Shown one piece after another: positions 19,496 through 28,934 of a DNA stretch of 64,000 bases. Each line of letters starts with the position of its first letter. Position 1 is the first letter of the stretch. Both the position numbers and the translations under genes were made by a program. The notes beneath the pieces were generated by a model. It was not told the origin of the DNA and made no database searches. It saw only the letters and a program-made list of their open reading frames with translations. The stretch is from an uncultured Spirochaetota bacterium (GTDB taxonomy: Bacteria > Spirochaetota > Brevinematia > Brevinematales > JAOACQ01): positions 64,001-128,000 of the forward strand of contig CAWAOD010000015.1 in NCBI GenBank assembly GCA_963783575.1, in the 5' to 3' direction.

Positions 19496-19546
19496 ATTTT
19501 ATCACAAATAATAATAATTGTCAATAGCTTATAATGGTTTATAATG
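19496..19546 (-). promoter_or_regulatory. sigma70 promoter (extended -10) of HTH-ABC gene with adjacent direct repeats
   Basis: Minus strand TTGACA (19524-19519), 17 nt, TGnTAAAAT (19501-19496); plus-strand TTATAATG at 19529 and 19539. Confidence 0.6.
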
Positions 19547-19557
19547 AGTTGATTAAA

Positions 19558-19649
19558 GCCTAAACTGAGTGATTTATATTTGTTAAAAATATTCCACTCC
19601 TATTTTTAGGAGGGGAGTTATTATTGAATAAGAATCGCTCAGTTTGGGT
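19558..19649. mobile_element. Palindromic MITE/REP-like element, copy 1
   Basis: Terminal inverted repeats CCTAAACTGAGTGATT...AATCGCTCAGTTTGGG, central CTCCT/AGGAG hairpin; close homolog at 45641-45731. Confidence 0.75.
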
Positions 19650-19838
19650 AAAGATCATTTTGAGTAAAGCAATACCTTTAAATGCCATAAACCCAATATA
19701 GGGACATCGATATGTAAATTAAAAAACAAGCTCTAAAAACTGGCCGTTTATGGTCTAAAAAAGATTGGATAATAGGACTTTAACAGAATAGAAAGATAAT
19801 AGATTCAACCGCTGATATTTATCTGCCTTTTATTGATG

Positions 19839-21719
19839 TTATTCTTCGAGTTTGAACATTCGAATTATATTCAGCAATTCCCTTGCAATCTGTTTGTTAT
19901 GCTCAATAATGGAGTTTACTTTTTGAACCGTCTCTAGAACTAGTTTCGAGTTCAGCTCAATCGCTTCTCCTTCCTTAACCGAGCTGTTGTTCAGTTCGAT
20001 AAAAGTGCTTTTTATTTCATCGCTGTTAATCTTGATCTTACTTGAAAGTTCGCCGATTGTCCCTGTCGCAGTCACAAGGCTTGTTGTTGTAGCAAGGACT
20101 TCCTTTAAGGCCGCCGATTGCTGTTCCATTGCATTGGCAATTTCAGCGTTTACCAGCCTTGTTTTATCAACATTGCTATGGATTTTTAAAAAGCCTTCAT
20201 CCGATTTCTTTGAGTATTCAAGTGTGTTTTTTATTTTTTTCAGGATATCATTGACCAGGTTTGAAATAGTTGCCGCATTTTGTCTTGTGGTTTCAGCAAG
20301 ATTCCGCATTTCAGATGCAACAATGGCAAAGCCTTTACCTACATCACCTGCATGAGAAGCCTCAATTGCCGCATTCATTGCGAGCATTTCGGTCTGTTCC
20401 GAAACATTGTCGATCATTTGATTCATTTCAAATATCTGTTTGCTCGCACTTTCAATATCAAGAATACCCTGGGAGGTTTTTTCGATCAGGATTTTACCTT
20501 CTTCAACCACATCAAACAAATATGAAGAAATTTCACTCGCGTTTTTTGTCCTTTCGGTTATGGAATATATATTTGCGGTCATTTCTTCAATCGAAGAAGA
20601 GCTTTCCTCAACCATCCCGGCCTGGTTCTTGATATTATTAAATATTTCGGAAATGCTTCCGACCATCTCCTCCATTTTACCGCTTGCTTTTGATGTTGAT
20701 TCTGCCTTGAGAGTTGTATTCTGGCTTAAAGCCTCAAAAAAATAATCTATACTGTCACGAAGATTTTTAATGGAAGTATCGATATTTTCGCCGGATTGAC
20801 TTATTTCCTCCGATGAAATCCGTGCTGTCTTTATCACTTTTTGAAAATTTTCTCTAAGCAGAACTAATGAATTCTCCAATTCTCCGAATTCATCACGGCT
20901 GTCGATAGTTACTTCATGTGTAAAATCCTGATTGGCTGCAAACTTAAGAAACGTTACGGCATCTTCAACATTGGAAGAAAAAGAATGTGTTGTCTTGACA
21001 AGTATATACATCAATGGTATTAAATATAAAGCGGTGTAGAAAATTAATTTAAAAAGCAGTACAGACTGACGGTCAATGCCAAGGCATCCGAAGAGGATGG
21101 AAAAAAGAGAAATTATCAGGAGGGCGATTATACCCATAAAATTTAACATTAGCCTTCCCCTGATGGAAATATATATTTCTGTAATATTCAAATATTCCTG
21201 TATATCCTTCTCCATATAAATCATCAGTATAAGAATAATCATACCGATAGCCATAAACCCGCCGATCCATCTTAATATTTCATAATGATTAAAGCTGAAC
21301 TTGCCGATATAAAGGATCTCGAAATTGGTCAGCCAGGCGAGAATAATAAGCGAACTTTGAATTATGAGGATATTCATAAATCTGGAGCCCTGTTTTATCC
21401 TTTTGGCTCTTCGCAAAAGTAAATTCAGGGTTACTGCAAAAATCAGGAAAAACACGGTACCGCGCCAGAACCAGCTCACAAGGAAAGCCTGAAATATAAT
21501 ATTGCTGAAGTCAAGATTAATAAAACCGTTGAAATAAAGAGGATTTGTAAAAACATTGTGCAAAAATCCATATATTACACAGCATATCACGCCAATATTA
21601 ATATATTTAATTGTAATCCTGTTTACCGGATCTTTACGGTTCATAAGAAAATAAACAAAGCATGCTATAAATAAAAGACCTCCGATTAAACCCGTAAAGA
21701 GACAAATATAAAATAACAT
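19839..21719 (-). CDS. Methyl-accepting chemotaxis protein with polytopic (~7 TM) membrane input domain
   Basis: HAMP (DSRDEFGEL); MA hairpin SEQTEMLAMNAAIEASHAGDVGKGFAIVASEMRNLAE; ATG after AGGTGG RBS. Confidence 0.92.
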   Translation of the reverse strand: MLFYICLFTGLIGGLLFIACFVYFLMNRKDPVNRITIKYINIGVICCVIYGFLHNVFTNPLYFNGFINLDFSNIIFQAFLVSWFWRGTVFFLIFAVTLNLLLRRAKRIKQGSRFMNILIIQSSLIILAWLTNFEILYIGKFSFNHYEILRWIGGFMAIGMIILILMIYMEKDIQEYLNITEIYISIRGRLMLNFMGIIALLIISLFSILFGCLGIDRQSVLLFKLIFYTALYLIPLMYILVKTTHSFSSNVEDAVTFLKFAANQDFTHEVTIDSRDEFGELENSLVLLRENFQKVIKTARISSEEISQSGENIDTSIKNLRDSIDYFFEALSQNTTLKAESTSKASGKMEEMVGSISEIFNNIKNQAGMVEESSSSIEEMTANIYSITERTKNASEISSYLFDVVEEGKILIEKTSQGILDIESASKQIFEMNQMIDNVSEQTEMLAMNAAIEASHAGDVGKGFAIVASEMRNLAETTRQNAATISNLVNDILKKIKNTLEYSKKSDEGFLKIHSNVDKTRLVNAEIANAMEQQSAALKEVLATTTSLVTATGTIGELSSKIKINSDEIKSTFIELNNSSVKEGEAIELNSKLVLETVQKVNSIIEHNKQIARELLNIIRMFKLEE

Positions 21720-21801
21720 ACTTCCACCTTTAAATATTTTTTTGCAGTTATAATATACATTATAGCAGAAAATTATTATAAATATCAAAATATCGCCAAT
21801 A

Positions 21802-23061
21802 TCAGAATCTAATCTCCAACCGGGCATCGCCTTTTTTCTCAAGGGAAAATAACCGGCTTATCCCATTCATTGTAATTTCATATTCTCCGAGATAACCGTT
21901 AAAATTAATCCTTCCGTTTTGATTTAACTTAGTAATTGAAGATTTCTTCCACCATTCACCTTTTATAAGTTTTAAAAGTTCCTCATATGCTGGTTTTATG
22001 GAATTGTCAGTCCTAATAAGTCCGGCGGGAGCATTAAGCCAGCCTGCATCGGCAATATCCCACCAGGTTACGGATTCAACCTGCGGATTAGCAAAAAGTG
22101 TTCTATAATGCAGTTTAATTTCTTCAGCCTGGCGTTCTTCGCCTTCCTGAGTTGACGGCCAATTATCCATTTTGTAATCATTGAGATCTACAATCTCTTG
22201 CGGCATTAAATGTCCGGAAACGATCGAATTTTCAGTAAAGTGTAAGGGCAATTTAAAACGTGCAAAATTTTCCATAACCTGCAATGTTTTTTCAACTCCC
22301 CAGTAACCCTGATGCATATGCGACTGAATTCCTATAACATCGATCTTTATCCCGGCTTCAAGACATCCTTCCACTAGAATATCATAAGCGGAAGAAACAT
22401 CAAAATCATTCAGCAGAAAAATCGCGCCGGGGTTTTCAGCTCGAGCCGCTTCGAATACTGTTTTGACAGTTTTAATCCTGCCCATTTCCCTGCATATCCG
22501 GGTAATACCATTATCATACTTGTCAAAAACCGGCATTATCACAACTTCATTTATAACATCCCACATATTTATCAAGCCCTTAAAATCGGTTACATCCCTT
22601 TTGATTCGTGCTAATAAAGTATCGATAATTTTTTTGTTATCCATAGCAAGAAGCCATTCCGGAGCTTGCGTATGCCAGCATAAAGGATGCCCCTTCAGGA
22701 TATAATTCCTGCTGCGGCAAAATTCCGCTGCCTTAATCAGTTTTTCCGTCTTTGGTTCTCCCATACGCGGTTCAAATCTCCCCCAGTAAAAAGGAAGGAT
22801 TGCTAGGTTGAAAAGATCTTCCCTTTTTTTACTTCTGTCCTCGATCTTATCCCTTTCTGCTCCTTCAAGCTCTCCGTTCGCTAGCGGAATGGAATCAAAG
22901 GCCCCGCATCCGAAAAGAAATTTATGTTTCTTCTGCGCAATAGTGATTTCCTGGTTTGCGGCTGGTTTATCATTCAAAAAAACAGTCAATTCCGCATCTG
23001 CTGTCCGGTATTTCCTTATGTCTCTGTCGGCATTGTAACTTGAATTACTGATGTTAATCAT
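21802..23061 (-). CDS. Glycoside hydrolase family 10 (endo-1,4-beta-xylanase-like), no signal peptide
   Basis: KGHPLCWH, WDVINE (acid/base), IGIQSHMH, LHFTE (nucleophile). Confidence 0.9.
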   Translation of the reverse strand: MINISNSSYNADRDIRKYRTADAELTVFLNDKPAANQEITIAQKKHKFLFGCGAFDSIPLANGELEGAERDKIEDRSKKREDLFNLAILPFYWGRFEPRMGEPKTEKLIKAAEFCRSRNYILKGHPLCWHTQAPEWLLAMDNKKIIDTLLARIKRDVTDFKGLINMWDVINEVVIMPVFDKYDNGITRICREMGRIKTVKTVFEAARAENPGAIFLLNDFDVSSAYDILVEGCLEAGIKIDVIGIQSHMHQGYWGVEKTLQVMENFARFKLPLHFTENSIVSGHLMPQEIVDLNDYKMDNWPSTQEGEERQAEEIKLHYRTLFANPQVESVTWWDIADAGWLNAPAGLIRTDNSIKPAYEELLKLIKGEWWKKSSITKLNQNGRINFNGYLGEYEITMNGISRLFSLEKKGDARLEIRF

Positions 23062-23073
23062 AAAACCCCCAAA

Positions 23074-24483
23074 TTAAAATTTAAGCGTACCCCATGATCT
23101 GCCCGGCATTTCAAGATTTATTATTTTATCTCCTGATTTTACGGTAACTGATTGTTCATAGGTACCGGTATTCTGAAGTACAAGGACGGTTCCGCCGTCA
23201 GGATTCAAGAATGCCAAAACATCTTCCTTACCTTTTGTTTGAAGAACGATTGCGCCGGGTTCCACAAAATAGGAAAAATGCTTAAAGGCATAAAACATAG
23301 GAGTATAAATTATATTTTTTGTACTCCGGTCTATCACCACAGCGGAATTCTGAGGCCAGGGTTTAATCGAATCAATATTTTTCCCTTCCTGATCCAGAAC
23401 CATATTCCACAAAGTATATATATTTACACCCGCCTTTATATATTCTTTGACCTTAGTCCAGGTATAACTTCCATAATCCCAGTCATTCTGAGGATTATCC
23501 GAATCATAACCGGGCCTCCATGGCCAGTTACCGCATTCTGTCTCAGTCTGTACAATTTTTAACTGCGGAAATTCATTTTTAGTTCTTGCTACATTTCCCA
23601 ACCCATTCCATTGGTAGCCTACAGCAGTGATATATTTCAAAGCTTGAGAATCGGTAAGCACTGTTGCCGGAAATGAATCATAGTCGCTGTCCTGAAGAGT
23701 TCCAAGCCATATCCCCGCTTTAATATGCCGGTTTTGAAAAAGCGGCCCCATGTGATCCCTTATAAAAGTTAAAAACTCGCCGGGTGTCCAGAAACAACTC
23801 GGATAATGCGTTTCAATAAACGGCTCGTTCTGGATGCAGGATGCATATATATTGATCCCTTCGGCCTGATACGATTCGATAAACCTCGCCAAATAAAGGG
23901 CAAAAGCTTCCATAATTTCCGGATCATTCAGCATAAACCCGCCATCAAATTCCCCCGAAGATTTCATCCAGGTCGGCGGAGTCCAGACAGATCCCCAAAT
24001 CTTTAGATCGGGCCGGTATTTCATTGCGGCTTTGATGTAGGGTATTAAATAACTCCTATCTATATCGATTGAAAAATTCTCCATTTTAAAATCGTCTTTT
24101 GTTTCATCCAGGGTGTACCGCTTCATTGCATAGTCGCTGGCGCCGATTGGTACACGGCAGATATTGAACTTGCAGCCATCATTGGTATCGAATAAAGCTT
24201 TTATTACTGAATCCCTTGCTCCAGCCGGCAGAATATTCAGTATATCCCATCCCTTCTCATTAAAAGCCCCTCCGAACCCGTCTATTGTTTGAAATCTGAC
24301 AGAATTATCAATCTCAACCTGATCCGTTGATTGAACAATAGCGGTACTGTCCGGAATTTTAGACTCAATCCATGGTGATTTTTCAGTACTTACAATCCAC
24401 CGCAATTCTTTTGAATATGATTCTGCTGCCTGTAATGAAAATCCTAAAAACAGGAAAATCAATAATAAATAATATTTAATCAC
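23074..24483 (-). CDS. Secreted glycoside hydrolase family 30
   Basis: Signal peptide; QTIDGFGGAFNE, CRVPIGASDY, WTPPTWMK, IQNEP, QTETECG, WNMVLD, KHFSYFVEPGA. Confidence 0.92.
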   Translation of the reverse strand: MIKYYLLLIFLFLGFSLQAAESYSKELRWIVSTEKSPWIESKIPDSTAIVQSTDQVEIDNSVRFQTIDGFGGAFNEKGWDILNILPAGARDSVIKALFDTNDGCKFNICRVPIGASDYAMKRYTLDETKDDFKMENFSIDIDRSYLIPYIKAAMKYRPDLKIWGSVWTPPTWMKSSGEFDGGFMLNDPEIMEAFALYLARFIESYQAEGINIYASCIQNEPFIETHYPSCFWTPGEFLTFIRDHMGPLFQNRHIKAGIWLGTLQDSDYDSFPATVLTDSQALKYITAVGYQWNGLGNVARTKNEFPQLKIVQTETECGNWPWRPGYDSDNPQNDWDYGSYTWTKVKEYIKAGVNIYTLWNMVLDQEGKNIDSIKPWPQNSAVVIDRSTKNIIYTPMFYAFKHFSYFVEPGAIVLQTKGKEDVLAFLNPDGGTVLVLQNTGTYEQSVTVKSGDKIINLEMPGRSWGTLKF

Positions 24484-24547
24484 TTACTTCTCCTTAAACA
24501 TTATTTTATCCGGCAATAGAATGATAGTCAAAAATTATTCCAATTTT

Positions 24548-24576
24548 TTGACAAAAAATTTAAGCTCTAATAAAAT
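24548..24576 (+). promoter_or_regulatory. sigma70-type promoter of CBM32 lipoprotein
   Basis: TTGACA-17 nt-TAAAAT. Confidence 0.5.
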
Positions 24577-24650
24577 ATCTTAATTGATTACCAATATTAA
24601 TATTGACACTATATTATTTTGACATATTAAAATTATTTAGGAGGCCATAT

Positions 24651-25190
24651 ATGTTTAGAAAAGTTACTTTAGTTCTCTTTATTCTAACCGGATGCTTGTG
24701 GTTTGTATCCTGCGGCGGAGCCGCATCAAACAGTGCAACAACAAAACCGGCCCAGGGTACTACCCCAAACCTGGCTCTCGGTAAAGAAGCGGTTGCCTCT
24801 TCTTTTGAACCAGCCAACCAGTACAACGGCGGCGTTGATTCAGTAGCAAAATTCGCCGTTGACGGCGATATGACGACACGCTGGTCGTCTGATTACAATC
24901 ATGATGCAAATCCCAATGATGCTTGGATTTATGTTAACCTTGGAGCTAAAACAGCATTCCAGACAATTAATATAACCTGGGAACCCGCAATGGCGTCGGT
25001 ATATAATATAGAAACATCGGATGACGCTAAAACCTGGACAATAGTTACCAATATTACGGGAAATGCATCCGCCAGAAACACACTTAAATTTGATCCGCCA
25101 ATTACCGCTCAGTATGTAAAAGTACATGGAATTGCACGTAAAACTGCTTACGGATATTCAATATGGGAACTTAAAATTTTCGCTCAGTAA
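24651..25190 (+). CDS. Lipoprotein with F5/8 type C (discoidin/CBM32) domain
   Basis: AGGAGG RBS; lipobox FVSC; NLALGK, AVDGDMTTRWSS, WIYVNLG, YGYSIWEL. Confidence 0.9.
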   Translation: MFRKVTLVLFILTGCLWFVSCGGAASNSATTKPAQGTTPNLALGKEAVASSFEPANQYNGGVDSVAKFAVDGDMTTRWSSDYNHDANPNDAWIYVNLGAKTAFQTINITWEPAMASVYNIETSDDAKTWTIVTNITGNASARNTLKFDPPITAQYVKVHGIARKTAYGYSIWELKIFAQ

Positions 25191-25213
25191 TCTTGTAAAA
25201 TATTTTTAAATTT

Positions 25214-25242
25214 ACCGCCTCTGATCAAAGAGGCGGTTTTTT
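25214..25242 (+). terminator. Rho-independent terminator
   Basis: ACCGCCTCT-GATCAA-AGAGGCGGT followed by T-run. Confidence 0.85.
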
Positions 25243-25260
25243 ATTGATAAATACCTTTCT

Positions 25261-25476
25261 GAAATTAAATGGAACAGCACCGAAATTAAAATCAGCGTTG
25301 ACAGAAATCACTATTTTGCTATGGATATTTCAAGTGAAGAAAAAAACGCATTCAGACAGCCATTTTATATTATTCTTGATCTTGCCGTTGGCGGAAACTT
25401 GCCGGGATATCCAGATTTCTCTGCTGTTTTCCCGCAATATATTCTATTAGATTGGTTAAGAGTGTATCAAAAATAA
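25261..25476 (+). pseudogene. C-terminal remnant of GH16 laminarinase-like gene (not in ORF track)
   Basis: Manual translation EIKWNSTEIKISVD...AFRQPFYIILDLAVGGNLPGYPDFSAVFPQYILLDWLRVYQK* matches the GH16 C-terminal pattern; catalytic EIDxxE region absent. Confidence 0.8.
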
Positions 25477-25478
25477 AT

Positions 25479-25853
25479 TTACCTCAATGATTGTTGGGCG
25501 CTCAGATACTCCATTGCTTCTTCCCTTGTCTGGAAAGTATTGAAATTTCTCCCGGTTATTTTACTTACTGTCGCAATTACTATTTTCAGTAAACCGGTAA
25601 TGCCTACTACGGCTGTACTCTTTATAAACGGAGTATTGTGTTTAACAAACTCAGTAATAACATCAAGCATTTCGGAATTGAACCTTACATTCGTGGCATC
25701 AAGCAAAGCCAGAACGGATTTCAACGGCTGGCTGGCTATGATTCCCTTGGCGGTTTCAATAGTATTTAAATATTCATCACCGGGTCCCAAATTTGTTAAA
25801 TCCTCCAGTAAAATAGATTTGCCTTTGTACTCAATAAAAATTATCCTATCCAC
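25479..25853 (-). CDS. Small STAS/SpoIIAA-like (STAS/SEC14) protein
   Basis: GGAGG RBS before GTG; YKGK.IL..D, L.D.T, AVVGITG, F.TREEAMEYL pattern. Confidence 0.7.
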   Translation of the reverse strand: MDRIIFIEYKGKSILLEDLTNLGPGDEYLNTIETAKGIIASQPLKSVLALLDATNVRFNSEMLDVITEFVKHNTPFIKSTAVVGITGLLKIVIATVSKITGRNFNTFQTREEAMEYLSAQQSLR

Positions 25854-26229
25854 AAAGTACCTCCAACAGAATATGAGTATACTATTATCCACCCTCTTAA
25901 ATCATTTCAAATTTAATTTCAAATTGTTAAAGATTTTATTATATTGCCTCATATTTGTCAATACCAATTAAGTTTCTATAATGATTAAATATCCAACAGG
26001 ATGAATATCAACAATATTGCAAGGGTTGCAAGCGGGAATATAATTAGCGGCTATTCTTGTATAAAAAAGAGCGGCCATTTTTATCATAATCTTTTTTATT
26101 TCGGTTAAATTAATGAATAGTCTTAAAAGACCAATCTTATTTTAAAAAAATGAGCCATTCAGACTATTGAAATAAGCCGGAACTTTATATTAAAATAAAG
26201 TGAACTTATAATATTGCGAAGGAAATTTT

Positions 26230-28920
26230 ATGAACAAATCGATTTTTATTTTTTCTTTTTTACTAATTTTTACCGCGATACTTCTATCCGGTTGCGGAAT
26301 AGTTGAAAAAGTACCGGATTTGAATAAATCCTCCTGGCTTCTTCTAGGGACTTTTGAAAACCGTTTATCCTCGGATGGTTTTTCCGAATGCTCCGGATTT
26401 AACAGGGATTTTCTTGCCCGATCAGGCGGAGAAACAGGAATAATTCCGGTGGAAGGCCAGGTTTTGACCGATGAAACTCCATCGACAGCCAAAATACAGA
26501 CCATCGCCCAGACTATAAAAACTTGGAAAAAAGTTCTACCAGTGGATAATACAATAAATCTTGCACAGCAATTCGGCGGGGTTGATTTTGCCGTTGCATA
26601 CGCTTTCTGCGAGTTCACATCTTCTAAAGAGGAAACCGCTATTTTAAAGCTGGGTTCAGATGACGGGATTAAAGTCCGGCTGAACGGTGAATTAATCTTT
26701 AGCAGGCATATTCACCGCCAGTTGAACAGGGATGATGATATTCTGCCGGTGCGTATTTTAGCCGGTACAAACCGGCTTTTGTTGAAAATCGAACAGGTCA
26801 AAGGTGAGTGGGGATTTTTTGTGAAACTTTCCCCTTTAGAAACCGAGAGAAAAATATGGAACAATAATTCTCATCATAATCTTGATATTATTATCAATCA
26901 AAAAGCTTCTAACAGTATTGAAATACTCACAGAAGGAAAACCCGGATTCAGTCAGAACGAGCCATTATCAATCAATATAAATGATTTCCAGGGGAATATT
27001 GTTTCTTCAACAAACGGCTACATCGGTGAAAGAATATCGGTAAAACTTTCCGAAGAAATATCGGGAGTTTACCGGGTTACAGCGGTAAGCAAAAATCAAA
27101 AAGAATTATCGGCAAAAAGCCTTTTATTACTGGGAGATATCGATAAAATCAGAAAAGACGGCATCAATAAAGCCCTTTTGACTGCCGAAAAATTCAAAGG
27201 TATGAGCAAGAATCCGGACATCTATGCCACCTGCACATTTTTAGCGGATCAATTGAATAACAAACTTCATCCGGCACTGAGAACAATCGAACGCAATATG
27301 CAGGCCATCGATGATATTTATGAATTATATAACAGATTTTCAACAAATAACTCAAATTCCGGTATTATACCCGGGATTCACCAGTGGGCTTACCTATCCC
27401 CGGTTGATATGACATGCCAGCCCTATACCGTATATGTGCCTGAATCATACAACCGGTTAAAAAAATATAAATTACTGATAGCTTTGCACGGCTATTCCGG
27501 TGAAGATAACGGAATTGCTAAAAGTATTTCACAGGCAAAACCAGAAGATTTTATTATCGCAGCGCCTTTTGCCAGGGGGTCCCTCGCTTACGCGTCGATA
27601 GGCGAACAGGACGTTCTGGAAGTGATGGACAGGCTTACAAATGCTTATAATATAGACCCGGACAGGATTTATATAATGGGCATCTCAATGGGAGGATATG
27701 GAACCTGGCGTTTTGCGCAGTTATATGCCGACCGCTTTGCGGCTGCGGCAGCTTTCTGCGGCTGGACGGGTACCGATTATCTGTCTAATTTGAGGAACCT
27801 TTATACTTATGTGTTTCATGGCGATGTTGATCCTGTTGTATCCATTGAACCAGACCGCCGCGCGGTTTCTATTTTAAAAAAATTGAATTATCAGGTTCAT
27901 TACGAGGAACTGCCCGGTGTTGACCACGATGCCTGGAACGGGTGGATCAGGATAACAAAAAACCCTTCTCTTATTTTTGAATACTTAAGAAAACATAAAA
28001 GAAATCAATGGCCTGATAATGTCGATATTTCAGCATCCAACCTCCGTTACGGAAAGTTGTACTGGGGCGGAATAGTTGAACTGGAAAATCCGTTTAAACC
28101 GGGAAAATTGTCTCTTAAGCTTGTTGATTCTAAAAAAATAAAAGCGATTACTGAAAATATTAATCTGTTCAGTATAAATTTAACACATCCGAAATTAATT
28201 AAAAAAGGAAGCATTGGGATTTATATTGATGGCGAAACATTTGATGCTCCAGCCGGCCTTTCAAACGCCTCTTTTTTAAAAGAAGAGGACGGATGGACCC
28301 GGATTGACAACGAAGAACACGTTAATAAAGCTTTTCACACCGGTGCCGGAATGGGCGATCTTTTTTACAGTCCTGTTACCATTGTTTATGGGACAAAAGA
28401 CCGCAGGAATACCGAGGTTTTATATAATACAGCGGAAAAATTATCAGATTGGTCGGTTCCCGTTGAACTTGGTTTTGCCTGCCAGATTGGGAAATTTCAG
28501 GTTAAATCCGACAGGGAAATACCGGAAAGCGAATTGAAAGACAGGAACATTTTATTGATCGGCAGCCCTGAAGAAAACAGCATTATTTCAAGAATTGCGG
28601 ATAAACTTCCAGTAAAATTTTATGGAAGAAATTTTGAAATCAATGGTAAATTATATGAGAATTCGATCCTTATATTAACTGTTCCCAATCCGTGGAATCC
28701 GCTTCATTTGATTACTTTGCTTTATATGCCGGTTGATATACGAACGGCTCTTGCTATGTCCCAGCAATTGCCTCTTTACCTGTATGATTCCAGCCGCAGC
28801 GGCTATTCTTTAAATACAAGCGCTATTCCCGATCTATTAATCATAAACGGTTTATCGGATGAAAAATCTGCCGCAGGATATTTTGACAGGAATTGGGAAA
28901 ATCTGGTTCTTTCAAAATGA
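26230..28920 (+). CDS. Multidomain lipoprotein alpha/beta-hydrolase (PA14-like domain, esterase/peptidase S9-like core, C-terminal domain)
   Basis: Lipobox LSGC; GSDDGIKVRLNG; ALHGY, GISMGG (Ser), HGDVDPVV (Asp), GVDH (His); NILLIGSPEENS. Confidence 0.85.
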   Translation: MNKSIFIFSFLLIFTAILLSGCGIVEKVPDLNKSSWLLLGTFENRLSSDGFSECSGFNRDFLARSGGETGIIPVEGQVLTDETPSTAKIQTIAQTIKTWKKVLPVDNTINLAQQFGGVDFAVAYAFCEFTSSKEETAILKLGSDDGIKVRLNGELIFSRHIHRQLNRDDDILPVRILAGTNRLLLKIEQVKGEWGFFVKLSPLETERKIWNNNSHHNLDIIINQKASNSIEILTEGKPGFSQNEPLSININDFQGNIVSSTNGYIGERISVKLSEEISGVYRVTAVSKNQKELSAKSLLLLGDIDKIRKDGINKALLTAEKFKGMSKNPDIYATCTFLADQLNNKLHPALRTIERNMQAIDDIYELYNRFSTNNSNSGIIPGIHQWAYLSPVDMTCQPYTVYVPESYNRLKKYKLLIALHGYSGEDNGIAKSISQAKPEDFIIAAPFARGSLAYASIGEQDVLEVMDRLTNAYNIDPDRIYIMGISMGGYGTWRFAQLYADRFAAAAAFCGWTGTDYLSNLRNLYTYVFHGDVDPVVSIEPDRRAVSILKKLNYQVHYEELPGVDHDAWNGWIRITKNPSLIFEYLRKHKRNQWPDNVDISASNLRYGKLYWGGIVELENPFKPGKLSLKLVDSKKIKAITENINLFSINLTHPKLIKKGSIGIYIDGETFDAPAGLSNASFLKEEDGWTRIDNEEHVNKAFHTGAGMGDLFYSPVTIVYGTKDRRNTEVLYNTAEKLSDWSVPVELGFACQIGKFQVKSDREIPESELKDRNILLIGSPEENSIISRIADKLPVKFYGRNFEINGKLYENSILILTVPNPWNPLHLITLLYMPVDIRTALAMSQQLPLYLYDSSRSGYSLNTSAIPDLLIINGLSDEKSAAGYFDRNWENLVLSK

Positions 28921-28934
28921 ACCGGGGAGTATGG

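Noticed and set aside
25244..25450. 68-aa ORF in the track
   Set aside because: Shadow frame of the GH16 remnant
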